The notes below the pieces were generated by a model that was not told the DNA's origin, did not search any database, and saw only the letters and a list, made by a program, of their open reading frames with translations. Positions 40,713 to 48,845 of a DNA stretch of 50,447 nt are shown here, piece by piece. Within the stretch, counting starts at the first letter, position 1, and each line of letters starts with the position of its first letter. Made by a program: the position numbers and the translations under genes. Origin of the DNA: Acidobacteriota bacterium (GTDB lineage Bacteria; Acidobacteriota; Thermoanaerobaculia; UBA5066; Gp7-AA6); the NCBI GenBank assembly GCA_046728075.1, contig JBKPDV010000066.1, positions 1 through 50,447 of the forward strand, in the 5' to 3' direction.

Positions 40713-43181
40713 ATGGCCGCCACAAGGGAGCAGCTTCTTCAGTCGGCCGAGAAAGCTGTCGCTAAAGGGAAGCTCGACCAGGCTCTGAAGGACTATCTCC
40801 GGGTCCTGGATGACAACCCCAAGGACATTTCGACGCTGAACAAGGTGGGGGATCTCTACGTCCGGATGAACCGGCCGGGGGAGTCGGTCCCGTACTTCAC
40901 CCGGATCGCCGACCACTACAGCCGCGACGGCTTCTTTCTCAAGGCGATCGCGATTTACAAGAAGATCAACAAGATCGATCCCGCGCGGCTGGAAGTCTAC
41001 GACCGTCTGGCCGACCTCTACCACAAGCAGGGTCTCACACAGGACGCTCGCAGTCAGTACCAGGTCCTCGCCGACCACTACCAGAAGAGCAACAAGCCGG
41101 ACGACGCGATCACGGCGTACAAGAAGATGGCCACGGTCGATCCCAACGATCTGAAGATTCAGGTCAAGCTCGCGGACCTGTATCGGAACAACAAACAGAT
41201 CGACCAGGCGGTCATGCAGTACGGCCTGATCGGCTCGATGCTGTTGCGCCGGGGAGCGCACGACGAGGCGGCCGCCGTTTTTCAAAAGGCACTGGAACTT
41301 TCTCCCAACGACGCGGGGATTCAGCGCAACCTGGTCCGCTCGCTCATCGCTCAGAAGAATCCCGTCGCTGCCATCGCCGTTCTTCGCGCGGCGCCGCGCA
41401 CGGCCGACAGCCTCTCGCTGCTCGCCGAAGCTCAGCTGGAGATGGGTCAGAAGGGGGACGCCACCAAGAGCGTCGAGCAGGCGATCGCTCTGGATGCCCG
41501 CCACGAGGGAGCGCGGGTCCTTCTGTCGCGCCTGCGTCTCGCGGACGGAAGCTTCGACTCGGCGCTCGCTGCCGTGGTTCCGATCGTCGAAGCGGCTCTC
41601 GCCGGCAATGACTTCTCGCGTGCGGCCGGCTTTCTGGAGCCGATTCTCGAGGCCGAGCCCGTCCACCGCGGCGCGCTGCAAAAAATGGCCGACGTGCGGG
41701 AAGCGGAAGGCAACGTCGGCGAGGCGGCTCGGATGAGAATGAACCTCGGGCTGGAGGAAGAGCGTCGCGGCGATTCAGCGACAGCCGTCGGCAGCTATCG
41801 GCGGGTCCTGGCGCTGGTCCCGGGTCACGCGGAGGCACTGGCGCGCCTGGCCGAGCTCGCTCCGGGTTCGGAGGATTCCTCTGCAGCGGCTCTCCCCCAG
41901 GGCTTCCAGGCCGGCGAGCTCACCGTAGAGCTCGACGAACCGGTGCTTCACCCTCCGGCTTCCTCGCCGGAACCCGCTGCGAAGCCCGAAGCCGTGCGCA
42001 GCGCCGAGGACCAGGAGATCGAGACGCTTGTCGTCGAGGCGGAGGTCTTCGCGAAATACGGCCTGACCGACAAGGCGATCGAGAGGCTGCGCGCTCTGAC
42101 CCGGCGGCGTCCGGATCTGTTGAAGGCTCGCGAGCGGCTGGTCGAGCTCATGACGGAATCCCAGAATCCCGGATTGCGGCAGGAGGCGGAATCCCTCGCG
42201 GACGCGTACCGGGGACAGGGCAACGACGCGCGGGCCGCGGAGATCGTCACCCGTCATACTCCCGGGGCCGCGGTGACGCTCCCCCGGATCGCCCCCGCGC
42301 CGGAAGCCTCTCCCGCCACGCCGGACCTTCCGGCCGAGATGCAATTCGACGAGTTCGAGATCGAGCCCGCGGACATCTCCGAGAGATCGGGCTTCGAGGA
42401 AAAGAAGAAAGCGGACACTCTGCGTCTGTCCCGGCCGGATTTTCCCGAGGCAATGGCCTCGCCTCCGCCGGCGGCTCGCGGCGGATCCGCGGAGCGGTCC
42501 GCGCCGGTGGAATCCGACTTCGTCTCGTACGAGGAGCTGGGGTCCCTGATCGAAGAGGAAATGCAGAAGGCGGGTCAGACGCCCGCTCCCGAGGATCAAG
42601 CTCCCTCACCCTCTCACGTCGCCGACGATCAGAGTCTCTTCGCCGATGAGCAGCAGTTCTTCAACCTCGCCGAGGAGCTCGAGCGCGAGCTCTCCGACGA
42701 GGCGCCGCCCGCCGCGGCGCCGGACATGGGCGGTCCGGAGGGGGAGGCATCGCTCGAGGAGATCTTTCGGGAGTTCAAACGCGGCGTCGAGCAGCAGCTC
42801 TCGGCGGAAGATTACGAGACGCACTTCAATCTCGGAATCGCCTACAAGGAGATGGGCTTGATCGACGAAGCGATCGGCGAGTTCCAGCTCGCGAGCAAGG
42901 ATCGGGCTCGCACGGTCGAGTGTTGCAGCATGCTGGGTCTCTGTTTTCTGGAGAAGGGGATGCCGCAGCTTGCGATCAAGTGGTATCGCAAGGGGCTGGA
43001 ATCTCCGGAGATCAAGGAGCAGGAGGCGCTCGGGACCCTCTACGACCTCGCCTGCGTCTATCAGTCGACGGGCGAAACCGATCTGGCGTACAAGACGTTC
43101 CTCGAGGTCTATGGCCTGAATACGAATTACCGCGACGTGGTCCACCGCGTGAAGGATCTGGAGGCGGTGAAGAAGAATTGA
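40713..43181 (+). CDS. Large TPR-repeat protein (N-terminal TPR array, acidic/Pro-rich middle, C-terminal TPR module)
   Basis: Repeated TPR-like 34-aa helices (LDQALKDYLRVLDDNPKD, YFTRIADHYSRDGFFLKAIAIYKKINKIDP, and C-terminal HFNLGIAYKEMGLIDEAIGEFQLA). ATG 40713 lies just after the rnhB stop; the track start at 40536 overlaps rnhB. Confidence 0.8.
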   Translation: MAATREQLLQSAEKAVAKGKLDQALKDYLRVLDDNPKDISTLNKVGDLYVRMNRPGESVPYFTRIADHYSRDGFFLKAIAIYKKINKIDPARLEVYDRLADLYHKQGLTQDARSQYQVLADHYQKSNKPDDAITAYKKMATVDPNDLKIQVKLADLYRNNKQIDQAVMQYGLIGSMLLRRGAHDEAAAVFQKALELSPNDAGIQRNLVRSLIAQKNPVAAIAVLRAAPRTADSLSLLAEAQLEMGQKGDATKSVEQAIALDARHEGARVLLSRLRLADGSFDSALAAVVPIVEAALAGNDFSRAAGFLEPILEAEPVHRGALQKMADVREAEGNVGEAARMRMNLGLEEERRGDSATAVGSYRRVLALVPGHAEALARLAELAPGSEDSSAAALPQGFQAGELTVELDEPVLHPPASSPEPAAKPEAVRSAEDQEIETLVVEAEVFAKYGLTDKAIERLRALTRRRPDLLKARERLVELMTESQNPGLRQEAESLADAYRGQGNDARAAEIVTRHTPGAAVTLPRIAPAPEASPATPDLPAEMQFDEFEIEPADISERSGFEEKKKADTLRLSRPDFPEAMASPPPAARGGSAERSAPVESDFVSYEELGSLIEEEMQKAGQTPAPEDQAPSPSHVADDQSLFADEQQFFNLAEELERELSDEAPPAAAPDMGGPEGEASLEEIFREFKRGVEQQLSAEDYETHFNLGIAYKEMGLIDEAIGEFQLASKDRARTVECCSMLGLCFLEKGMPQLAIKWYRKGLESPEIKEQEALGTLYDLACVYQSTGETDLAYKTFLEVYGLNTNYRDVVHRVKDLEAVKKN

Positions 43182-43252
43182 TGATTTGCGATTTGTGATT
43201 GGCGATTGACGGAGGCTCTCGAAATCACAAATCACAAATCACAAATCCGATC
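43182..43252. repeat. Inverted heptad-array hairpin, unit NGATTTG
   Basis: The left arm starts 1 nt after the TGA of the TPR gene: TGATTTG CGATTTG TGATTGG CGATTGA. Loop: CGGAGGCTCTC. Right arm: GAAATCA CAAATCA CAAATCA CAAATCC. Confidence 0.9.
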
Positions 43253-43261
43253 TTGTCGTCC

Positions 43262-44278
43262 ATGCCTCCTCTGTTGTCCGTCCGCAACTTGAAAGTCGAG
43301 ATCCCCATCGGCGGAGGCTTCTTTCCCGCCGTCGACGGCGTCGACTTCGATCTTCACACGGGCGAGGCCCTGGCGATCGTCGGCGAGAGTGGCTGCGGAA
43401 AGACGCTCACGGCGCGGGCCCTGGTGAACCTCCTGCCCGAAGGGAGCCGGCTGACGGGATCGATGATGTACCGTGGGCGAGATCTCCTTGCGCTCGCGGA
43501 GAAGGAGTGGCGACACATTCGGGGGCGCGAGATCGCAATGGTGTTCCAGGAGCCGGCCGCGGCGCTCGATCCGGTCCAGACGGTCGGCGGCCAGATTCTC
43601 GAGGCGCTGACGGCGCACGCGTCCCTTTCGCGGTCGGAAGCCAGGAGGCGTGCGCGGCGGCTTCTCGAAGAGGTCTCGCTGCCGGATCCGGATCGCGCTC
43701 TCTCGGAATATCCTCATCGCCTTTCCGGAGGCCAACGACAGCGCGTGTGTCTGGCCATCGCTCTGGCTGGAAATCCCTCCGTCCTCATCGCGGACGAGCC
43801 GACCACCGCTCTGGACGCCACCATCGCCGCCGAGGTGCTCGAGTTGCTCGCCCGCCTGCGTCGGGAGCGGGGCCTCGCTCTTCTGTTGATTACCCATGAC
43901 CTGGGGGTGGTCGCCGGCCAGACTCAGCGCGCGATGGTTTTCTACGCGGGAAGAGTCGTCGAGGAAGCGCCGACGGACGATTTCCTGCGGGCTCCCCTCC
44001 ATCCCTACTCGCGCGGGCTCCTGGCCTGTGTGGCCCGCCGGGGAGCGGGCCCGCACGAGCGATTCCGAACGATTCCCGGAACGCTTCCGGATCTGGCGTT
44101 CCGGCCTCGCGGCGCCTGCGCCTTCGCTCCGCGGTGTCCGGACCGTTTCGAGCCGTGCGATCAGAGGGAGCCGGAGCTCCTCCTGGTGGGAGAGGCGAAG
44201 GTCCGTTGCTTCCTGTACGAGGCGAAGGTCGGTCCCGTCGACAGTCGGCAGTTGACCATCGACAGCCGGAGTCCGTGA
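43262..44278 (+). CDS. ABC transporter ATP-binding protein, oligopeptide/dipeptide (OppD/DppD) type
   Basis: GESGCGKT Walker A, LSGGQRQR signature, LIADEPTTALD, C-terminal oligopeptide-type CxFxxRC motif (CAFAPRCP). I chose the ATG at 43262. The last ~13 codons lie in a heptad array. Confidence 0.88.
   Translation: MPPLLSVRNLKVEIPIGGGFFPAVDGVDFDLHTGEALAIVGESGCGKTLTARALVNLLPEGSRLTGSMMYRGRDLLALAEKEWRHIRGREIAMVFQEPAAALDPVQTVGGQILEALTAHASLSRSEARRRARRLLEEVSLPDPDRALSEYPHRLSGGQRQRVCLAIALAGNPSVLIADEPTTALDATIAAEVLELLARLRRERGLALLLITHDLGVVAGQTQRAMVFYAGRVVEEAPTDDFLRAPLHPYSRGLLACVARRGAGPHERFRTIPGTLPDLAFRPRGACAFAPRCPDRFEPCDQREPELLLVGEAKVRCFLYEAKVGPVDSRQLTIDSRSP
44237..44271. repeat. Single heptad array, unit GTCGACA, inside the 3' end of the OppD-like ORF
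   Basis: GTCGACA GTCGGCA GTTGACC ATCGACA GCCGGAG, translated as VDSRQLTIDSRS. It ends 4 nt before the GTGA stop/start junction. Confidence 0.8.
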
Positions 44279-45285
44279 GCGAGCTGCTGCGGGTCGAAGA
44301 GCTGCGCAAGACTTATCCGGCCGGGGGAGGGATCTCACCCGGACGGAACGGAAGGATCCCTGCCCTGGACGGCGTTTCGTTTTCCATCGCGCCTGGAGAA
44401 ACGGTGGCCCTCGTCGGGGAATCCGGCAGCGGGAAGACGACGACCGGCCGTCTGCTGCTCCGCTTCGAACAGCCGGATTCCGGCCGAGTCTTCTTCGAAG
44501 GGGAGGACTGGCTCGCTCTGGAAGGTCCGTCGTTGCGCCGGCGGCGTCGGGACATCCAGATAGTCTTCCAGGACCCGCAGACATCGCTGAATCCGAGGAT
44601 GAGGGTGGGGGACCAGATCGCAGAGCCCTTGCGTGTCCAAAAGCTCCTTGCCCGCCGGGAGCTCTCCGCGAAAGTCTCTCTCCTGCTCGCATCCGTGGGA
44701 TTGCCGGCAGAAGCTGGAGAGCGCTTCCCGTCGGAGTTCTCCGGAGGACAGAGGCAGCGGGTGGCCATCGCCCGGGCGCTGGCGACCGGCCCGAAGCTGC
44801 TGGTCTGCGACGAGCCGGTGTCGGCTCTGGACGTCTCCGTCGCGGCGCAGATCATCAACCTCTTGCTGGAGTTGCAGGAGAAGACCGGCCTTTCGCTCCT
44901 CTTTATTTCGCACGACCTTGCTGTCGTCGAGCGTCTGGCCGACCGCGTCCTGGTCTTGTACCGGGGCCGGATCGTCGAGGAGGGACCGACGGCGGCGATC
45001 GTCCGGCGCCCGCTGCATCCCTATACGGCCGCGTTGCTGTCCGCCGCACCGGATCCCAACCTCTCCTTCCGGCGATCTCGGATCGTGTTGGCGAGCGACA
45101 CGGCGCCCGCCCGATTGAGCGCGGGATGCGCCTTTCAGCCCCGCTGCCCCGTCGCGCGCCCCCGGTGCCTGCAGGAGGCGCCGCCGCTCGAGGAACTGGA
45201 GCCGGAGCGCCTCGCCTCCTGTTTCTTTCCGGGCGAACTGCCGGCCAGAACCGAAGGGCCCCCGGTCCCCCCGCTCGGGGGCTGA
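44275..45285 (+). CDS. ABC transporter ATP-binding protein, oligopeptide/dipeptide (OppF/DppF) type
   Basis: [46 protein letters not shown] 44275 shares GTGA with the upstream stop. Confidence 0.88.
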   Translation: MSELLRVEELRKTYPAGGGISPGRNGRIPALDGVSFSIAPGETVALVGESGSGKTTTGRLLLRFEQPDSGRVFFEGEDWLALEGPSLRRRRRDIQIVFQDPQTSLNPRMRVGDQIAEPLRVQKLLARRELSAKVSLLLASVGLPAEAGERFPSEFSGGQRQRVAIARALATGPKLLVCDEPVSALDVSVAAQIINLLLELQEKTGLSLLFISHDLAVVERLADRVLVLYRGRIVEEGPTAAIVRRPLHPYTAALLSAAPDPNLSFRRSRIVLASDTAPARLSAGCAFQPRCPVARPRCLQEAPPLEELEPERLASCFFPGELPARTEGPPVPPLGG

Positions 45286-45314
45286 AGAGCCGGAGCTCGC
45301 CTCCGGACTCCGGC

Positions 45315-45347
45315 TGTGGACTGTCGACTGTCGACTGTCGACTGACC
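45315..45347. repeat. Single heptad array, unit TGTCGAC (complement of GTCGACA), downstream of the OppF-like gene
   Basis: TGTGGAC TGTCGAC TGTCGAC TGTCGAC TGACC, preceded by CTCCGGACTCCGGC. This is complementary to the GCCGGAG that follows the array at 44237..44271. Confidence 0.85.
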
Positions 45348-45475
45348 TTCACCCTGCTATCATGCAGGCCGGTTTTCGCCTCCACAGCGCCCAGCCGAAG
45401 GGGCGGTTTCGAGCGCGGCCGAGAAACATTTCGACCCCTCCCTGCGTAAAAGGGGTGACAGTAAGGAGTAACGGA

Positions 45476-47134
45476 ATGAAGAGTTTCGCCAGGGAGACGG
45501 CCTGCGCGCTCGCCCTAACCGTTGGGCTGTGGACGCCGGTCATGCGGGGCCAATCGACAGATCAGAAATCCGTTCCCATCCAGCCGGGTGAGAGGCGCAC
45601 GGCGCCGCTTCCTCCCCTTTCGCAAGGGAGCATCCCGTTGACGCTCGATCGGGCGATCGGCCTGGCGCTGGCGAACAACGAGGATTTGAACGTCTCGATC
45701 TATGCGGCGGAAGCCTTCCGCTACTCGATCGTGGCCAACAAGGGGATTTTCGACCCGCTCCTCCAGGCAGCCCTGTCGCGCTCCCACTCGGAGCAGCCGG
45801 CATCCTCGACCCTTATCGGCGCTGCAGTCCGCACGGCGGATACGACCGATTTCTCAGCCAGCGTCTCGCAGCTTATCCCCACGGGAGGCACCGTCTCCCT
45901 GGGGTTCGTGGGCGAGAACTTGAGAACGAACTCGACGTTTCAGACAACCAACCCGCCCAAGACCGCAACGGGGACGCTCTTTTTCACGCAACCGCTGCTG
46001 CGCAGCTTCGGCTCCGACGCCACGACGTGGCTGATCCGGATCGCGAAGGACACGAGCGAGGGCAGCTACCAGGACCTGATTCGCGCCGTGCAGAACACCG
46101 TCAACTCCGTCGAGCAGGCCTATTGGGACCTCGTCTACGCGCTTCAGAACCTCGAGGTCAAGAAGGAATCGCTCCGTATCGCGCAAGACTTGAACCGCAT
46201 CACGAAGATCAAGATCGACGTCGGGTCGCTCGCGCCCATCGACATCACCCAGACCGAAGTCGGGATCGCGATCGCGGAGCAGGACATTATCCTCGCCGAA
46301 GGCTTGATCGGAGACGCGCAGGACCGCCTCAAACGGCAGCTCAACTTCGACCGGACGCAGTGGTCGATTCCGATCCTCCCGACCGACCAGGTTCGCAGCG
46401 AGACCGTCCAGGTCAAGATCGACGACGGGATGGCCCTCGCGATCTCCACCCGCCCCGAGATTCTCAAGGAGGCCTACCTGGTCGACTCGGACCGCATCCG
46501 CTACGATTACTGGAGCAACCAGGTTCTGCCGCAGTTGAACTTCGTCGGAAGCTACGGAGCCGCCGGGCTGGGCGGCTCTTTCTTCGTGGCGGATTCGACG
46601 GGCCAGCACCTTATCCTGGTGGATCAGACCGGATTCGGCGACGCCTACAGCGACATCTTGCACGTGCGCCACAAGAGCTGGTCTCTCGGATTGAACTTCA
46701 GCTATCCAATCCTCAACCGCGCGGCCCGCGGGCAGCGCGGGATTGCCCGGTACACGTGGGAGAGCGACAAGTCGGCCCTGACGATCGTCCGCCAGAACGT
46801 CGTCGTCGAGGTGCGCGCCGCGGCGCGCGCGATCGACACGGCGGCGCGGTCGATCGTGTCGGCCTCGAAGGGACGGGAGCTCGCCGAGAAGAACCTCGAT
46901 GCGGAGAAGAAGAAGTTCGACAACGGCATGTCGACGACGTTCCAGGTGAATCAGATTCAGCGCGACCTCTCTGCGGCGCGCACGTTCGAGCAGCAGGCCC
47001 TGGCCGCTTACCGCAAGGCGCTGGCGGCTTACCACCTGGCCATTGCCGACAATCTGGACTGGAAGGGAATCAAGATCGAAGGTCTCCCCAAGAGCGCGCC
47101 TCCTCCCATGCCTGAGATGGCGGGAACGCGTTGA
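45476..47134 (+). CDS. TolC family outer-membrane efflux protein
   Basis: Signal peptide MKSFARETACALALTVGLW. LTLDRAIGLALANNEDL plus two coiled-coil/beta repeats. AAGGAG lies 7 nt upstream of ATG 45476. Confidence 0.88.
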   Translation: MKSFARETACALALTVGLWTPVMRGQSTDQKSVPIQPGERRTAPLPPLSQGSIPLTLDRAIGLALANNEDLNVSIYAAEAFRYSIVANKGIFDPLLQAALSRSHSEQPASSTLIGAAVRTADTTDFSASVSQLIPTGGTVSLGFVGENLRTNSTFQTTNPPKTATGTLFFTQPLLRSFGSDATTWLIRIAKDTSEGSYQDLIRAVQNTVNSVEQAYWDLVYALQNLEVKKESLRIAQDLNRITKIKIDVGSLAPIDITQTEVGIAIAEQDIILAEGLIGDAQDRLKRQLNFDRTQWSIPILPTDQVRSETVQVKIDDGMALAISTRPEILKEAYLVDSDRIRYDYWSNQVLPQLNFVGSYGAAGLGGSFFVADSTGQHLILVDQTGFGDAYSDILHVRHKSWSLGLNFSYPILNRAARGQRGIARYTWESDKSALTIVRQNVVVEVRAAARAIDTAARSIVSASKGRELAEKNLDAEKKKFDNGMSTTFQVNQIQRDLSAARTFEQQALAAYRKALAAYHLAIADNLDWKGIKIEGLPKSAPPPMPEMAGTR

Positions 47135-47862
47135 TGTCGGAGGCGGTCGCAGGATCCTCTCCATCGGAGCAGGAGGTCGCCCCCCTCGCCCGCATTCCGG
47201 GGGCGCTGTTCTCTCCCACGAGGACCTTCGAGTCGATCGCGCGGCGGCCGACCTGGCTTCCTCCTCTTCTCCTCTGGACCGCCCTTTCGCTCGCGGTGAC
47301 CTTCGTATTGCTGCCCCGTGTCGACTACGACCGAATGATTCGGGCCTCGATCGAGAAACGGGGCCAGACGGTTTCCGAGGAGCGCATCCAGTCCATCGTG
47401 GAGTCTCAGAAGAAAATGGCCCCCATTCTTTACGGGGTCTTCGGGGCCGTGACACCCACGCTCATTTCTCTGATCGTGACCCTGGTGTTCTGGGGAGCCT
47501 TCAAGGCATTTGGATGGGACGCGACGTTCCGGCAAGCCTTCGGCGCGACGACGCACGCATTTCTCCCGGGCGTTCTCGGGGCGCTCGTGCTCCTGCCGGT
47601 CCTGGCGAGCCGCGAGACGGTAGACCCTCGGAACCTCGGGGACCTGCTCCGCTCGAACCTCGGGTTTCTCGTCGCTCCCGAGTCGAAGATGCTCCACTCC
47701 CTCGCGCAGTCGATCGACGTCTTCTCCATCTGGTCTCTCGTGCTGTTCGTGATCGGGTATTCGGCGGCCGCGAAGATTTCCCGCAAGGCGGCGGCCGGCG
47801 TCATCGTGACGCTCTGGATCGTCTACGTTCTGGCCAAGTCGGCGCTGGCGGGCGTTTTCTAG
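47134..47862 (+). CDS. Yip1-domain integral membrane protein
   Basis: Five predicted TM helices after a soluble N-terminus (FSPTRTFESIARRP), as in the Yip1/DUF1282 family. The start overlaps the TolC stop (TGATG); TTG 47131 is an alternative. Confidence 0.7.
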   Translation: MSEAVAGSSPSEQEVAPLARIPGALFSPTRTFESIARRPTWLPPLLLWTALSLAVTFVLLPRVDYDRMIRASIEKRGQTVSEERIQSIVESQKKMAPILYGVFGAVTPTLISLIVTLVFWGAFKAFGWDATFRQAFGATTHAFLPGVLGALVLLPVLASRETVDPRNLGDLLRSNLGFLVAPESKMLHSLAQSIDVFSIWSLVLFVIGYSAAAKISRKAAAGVIVTLWIVYVLAKSALAGVF

Positions 47863-47922
47863 CCCGGGCCGGGCTCAACCCGGACCGATTTTCGTCGTAT
47901 AAAGAGGAGAGGAATCACCCCC

Positions 47923-48645
47923 GTGCTGATCGACATTCGCGACATCACCAAGGTCTACCAGATGGGAGACCAGCAGGTGCACGCCCTCTCCGGAGTCACG
48001 GTCGGCGTGGATCGCGGGGAGTACGTCGCGATCATGGGGCCGTCAGGATCGGGCAAATCGACGTTGATGAATCTCATCGGGTGCCTCGACACCCCGAGCG
48101 ACGGCTCATACGTCTTGAACGGCCGGGAAGTCGCCAAGATGACCGACGACGAGCTCGCCTCGATCCGCAACCAGGAGATCGGGTTCGTCTTCCAGACATT
48201 CAATCTGCTGCCTCGAACCTCGGCGCTGCAGCAGGTCGAGCTGCCGCTGGTCTATTCGGGCGTCCCGCGAAAAGAGCGGCGCGAGCGCGCGAAGGCGGCG
48301 CTCGACGCCGTCGGCCTCACGGAGCGCGCGCACCACCACCCGAGCGAGCTCTCCGGCGGTCAACGGCAGCGCGTGGCGGTCGCGCGGGCGCTGGTCAACG
48401 ATCCCTCGATTCTGCTTGCCGACGAGCCGACCGGGAACCTCGATTCCCAGACCGGCGGCGAGATCATGGCGCTCTTCGACGAGCTCAATCGGAAAGGCAA
48501 TACGATCGTTCTCGTCACCCACGAAGAGGACATCGCCAGCCACGCCCGGCGGATCGTGCGTCTGCTCGACGGGAAAATCCGCGACGACAAGCCCAATGAC
48601 CGGCGGGTCGTAACGAGCGCGACCACAGCCGCCGCTCCCGCCTAG
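47923..48645 (+). CDS. ABC transporter ATP-binding protein, MacB/LolD (FtsX-partner) type
   Basis: [69 protein letters not shown] start with GAGGAGAGG upstream. Confidence 0.9.
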   Translation: MLIDIRDITKVYQMGDQQVHALSGVTVGVDRGEYVAIMGPSGSGKSTLMNLIGCLDTPSDGSYVLNGREVAKMTDDELASIRNQEIGFVFQTFNLLPRTSALQQVELPLVYSGVPRKERRERAKAALDAVGLTERAHHHPSELSGGQRQRVAVARALVNDPSILLADEPTGNLDSQTGGEIMALFDELNRKGNTIVLVTHEEDIASHARRIVRLLDGKIRDDKPNDRRVVTSATTAAAPA

Positions 48646-48791
48646 CGGCCGCTCGCGCTTCGGCGAGGGATCTGCGCCCTGCAGGCGCATCAGGCATGCG
48701 GCTCGCCTGATCGCTCCGTGCGAACCAAAGCAAACACTAGAATCGAATTGCCCGGATCACAAAACACCGCTCTCCAATCGCGGGCGGCCAA

Positions 48792-48823
48792 GAAAAAAGG
48801 CTGCCACGCGGCGCGCGGCAGCC
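48792..48823 (-). terminator. Rho-independent terminator of the BNR/sialidase-like gene
   Basis: Minus strand reads GGCTGCC-GCGCGCCGCGT-GGCAGCC followed by TTTTTT, about 25 nt after the TAG at 48846. Confidence 0.7.
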
Positions 48824-48845
48824 TTTCACCGAGCCGAGGCGAGGC

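Noticed and set aside
2455-45347. Whether the tandem arrays could be CRISPR arrays
   Set aside because: The period is 7-11 nt with no unique spacers, arrays are only 28-45 nt long, and no cas genes are present.
45854-47455. 533-aa minus-strand ORF; similar long ORFs at 40698..41681, 43232..44692, 39509..40636, 18910..19998 and 22852..24291
   Set aside because: All are antisense or out of frame relative to genes with strong family signatures (TolC, TPR, ABC ATPases, rnhB, SLT, deacetylase).
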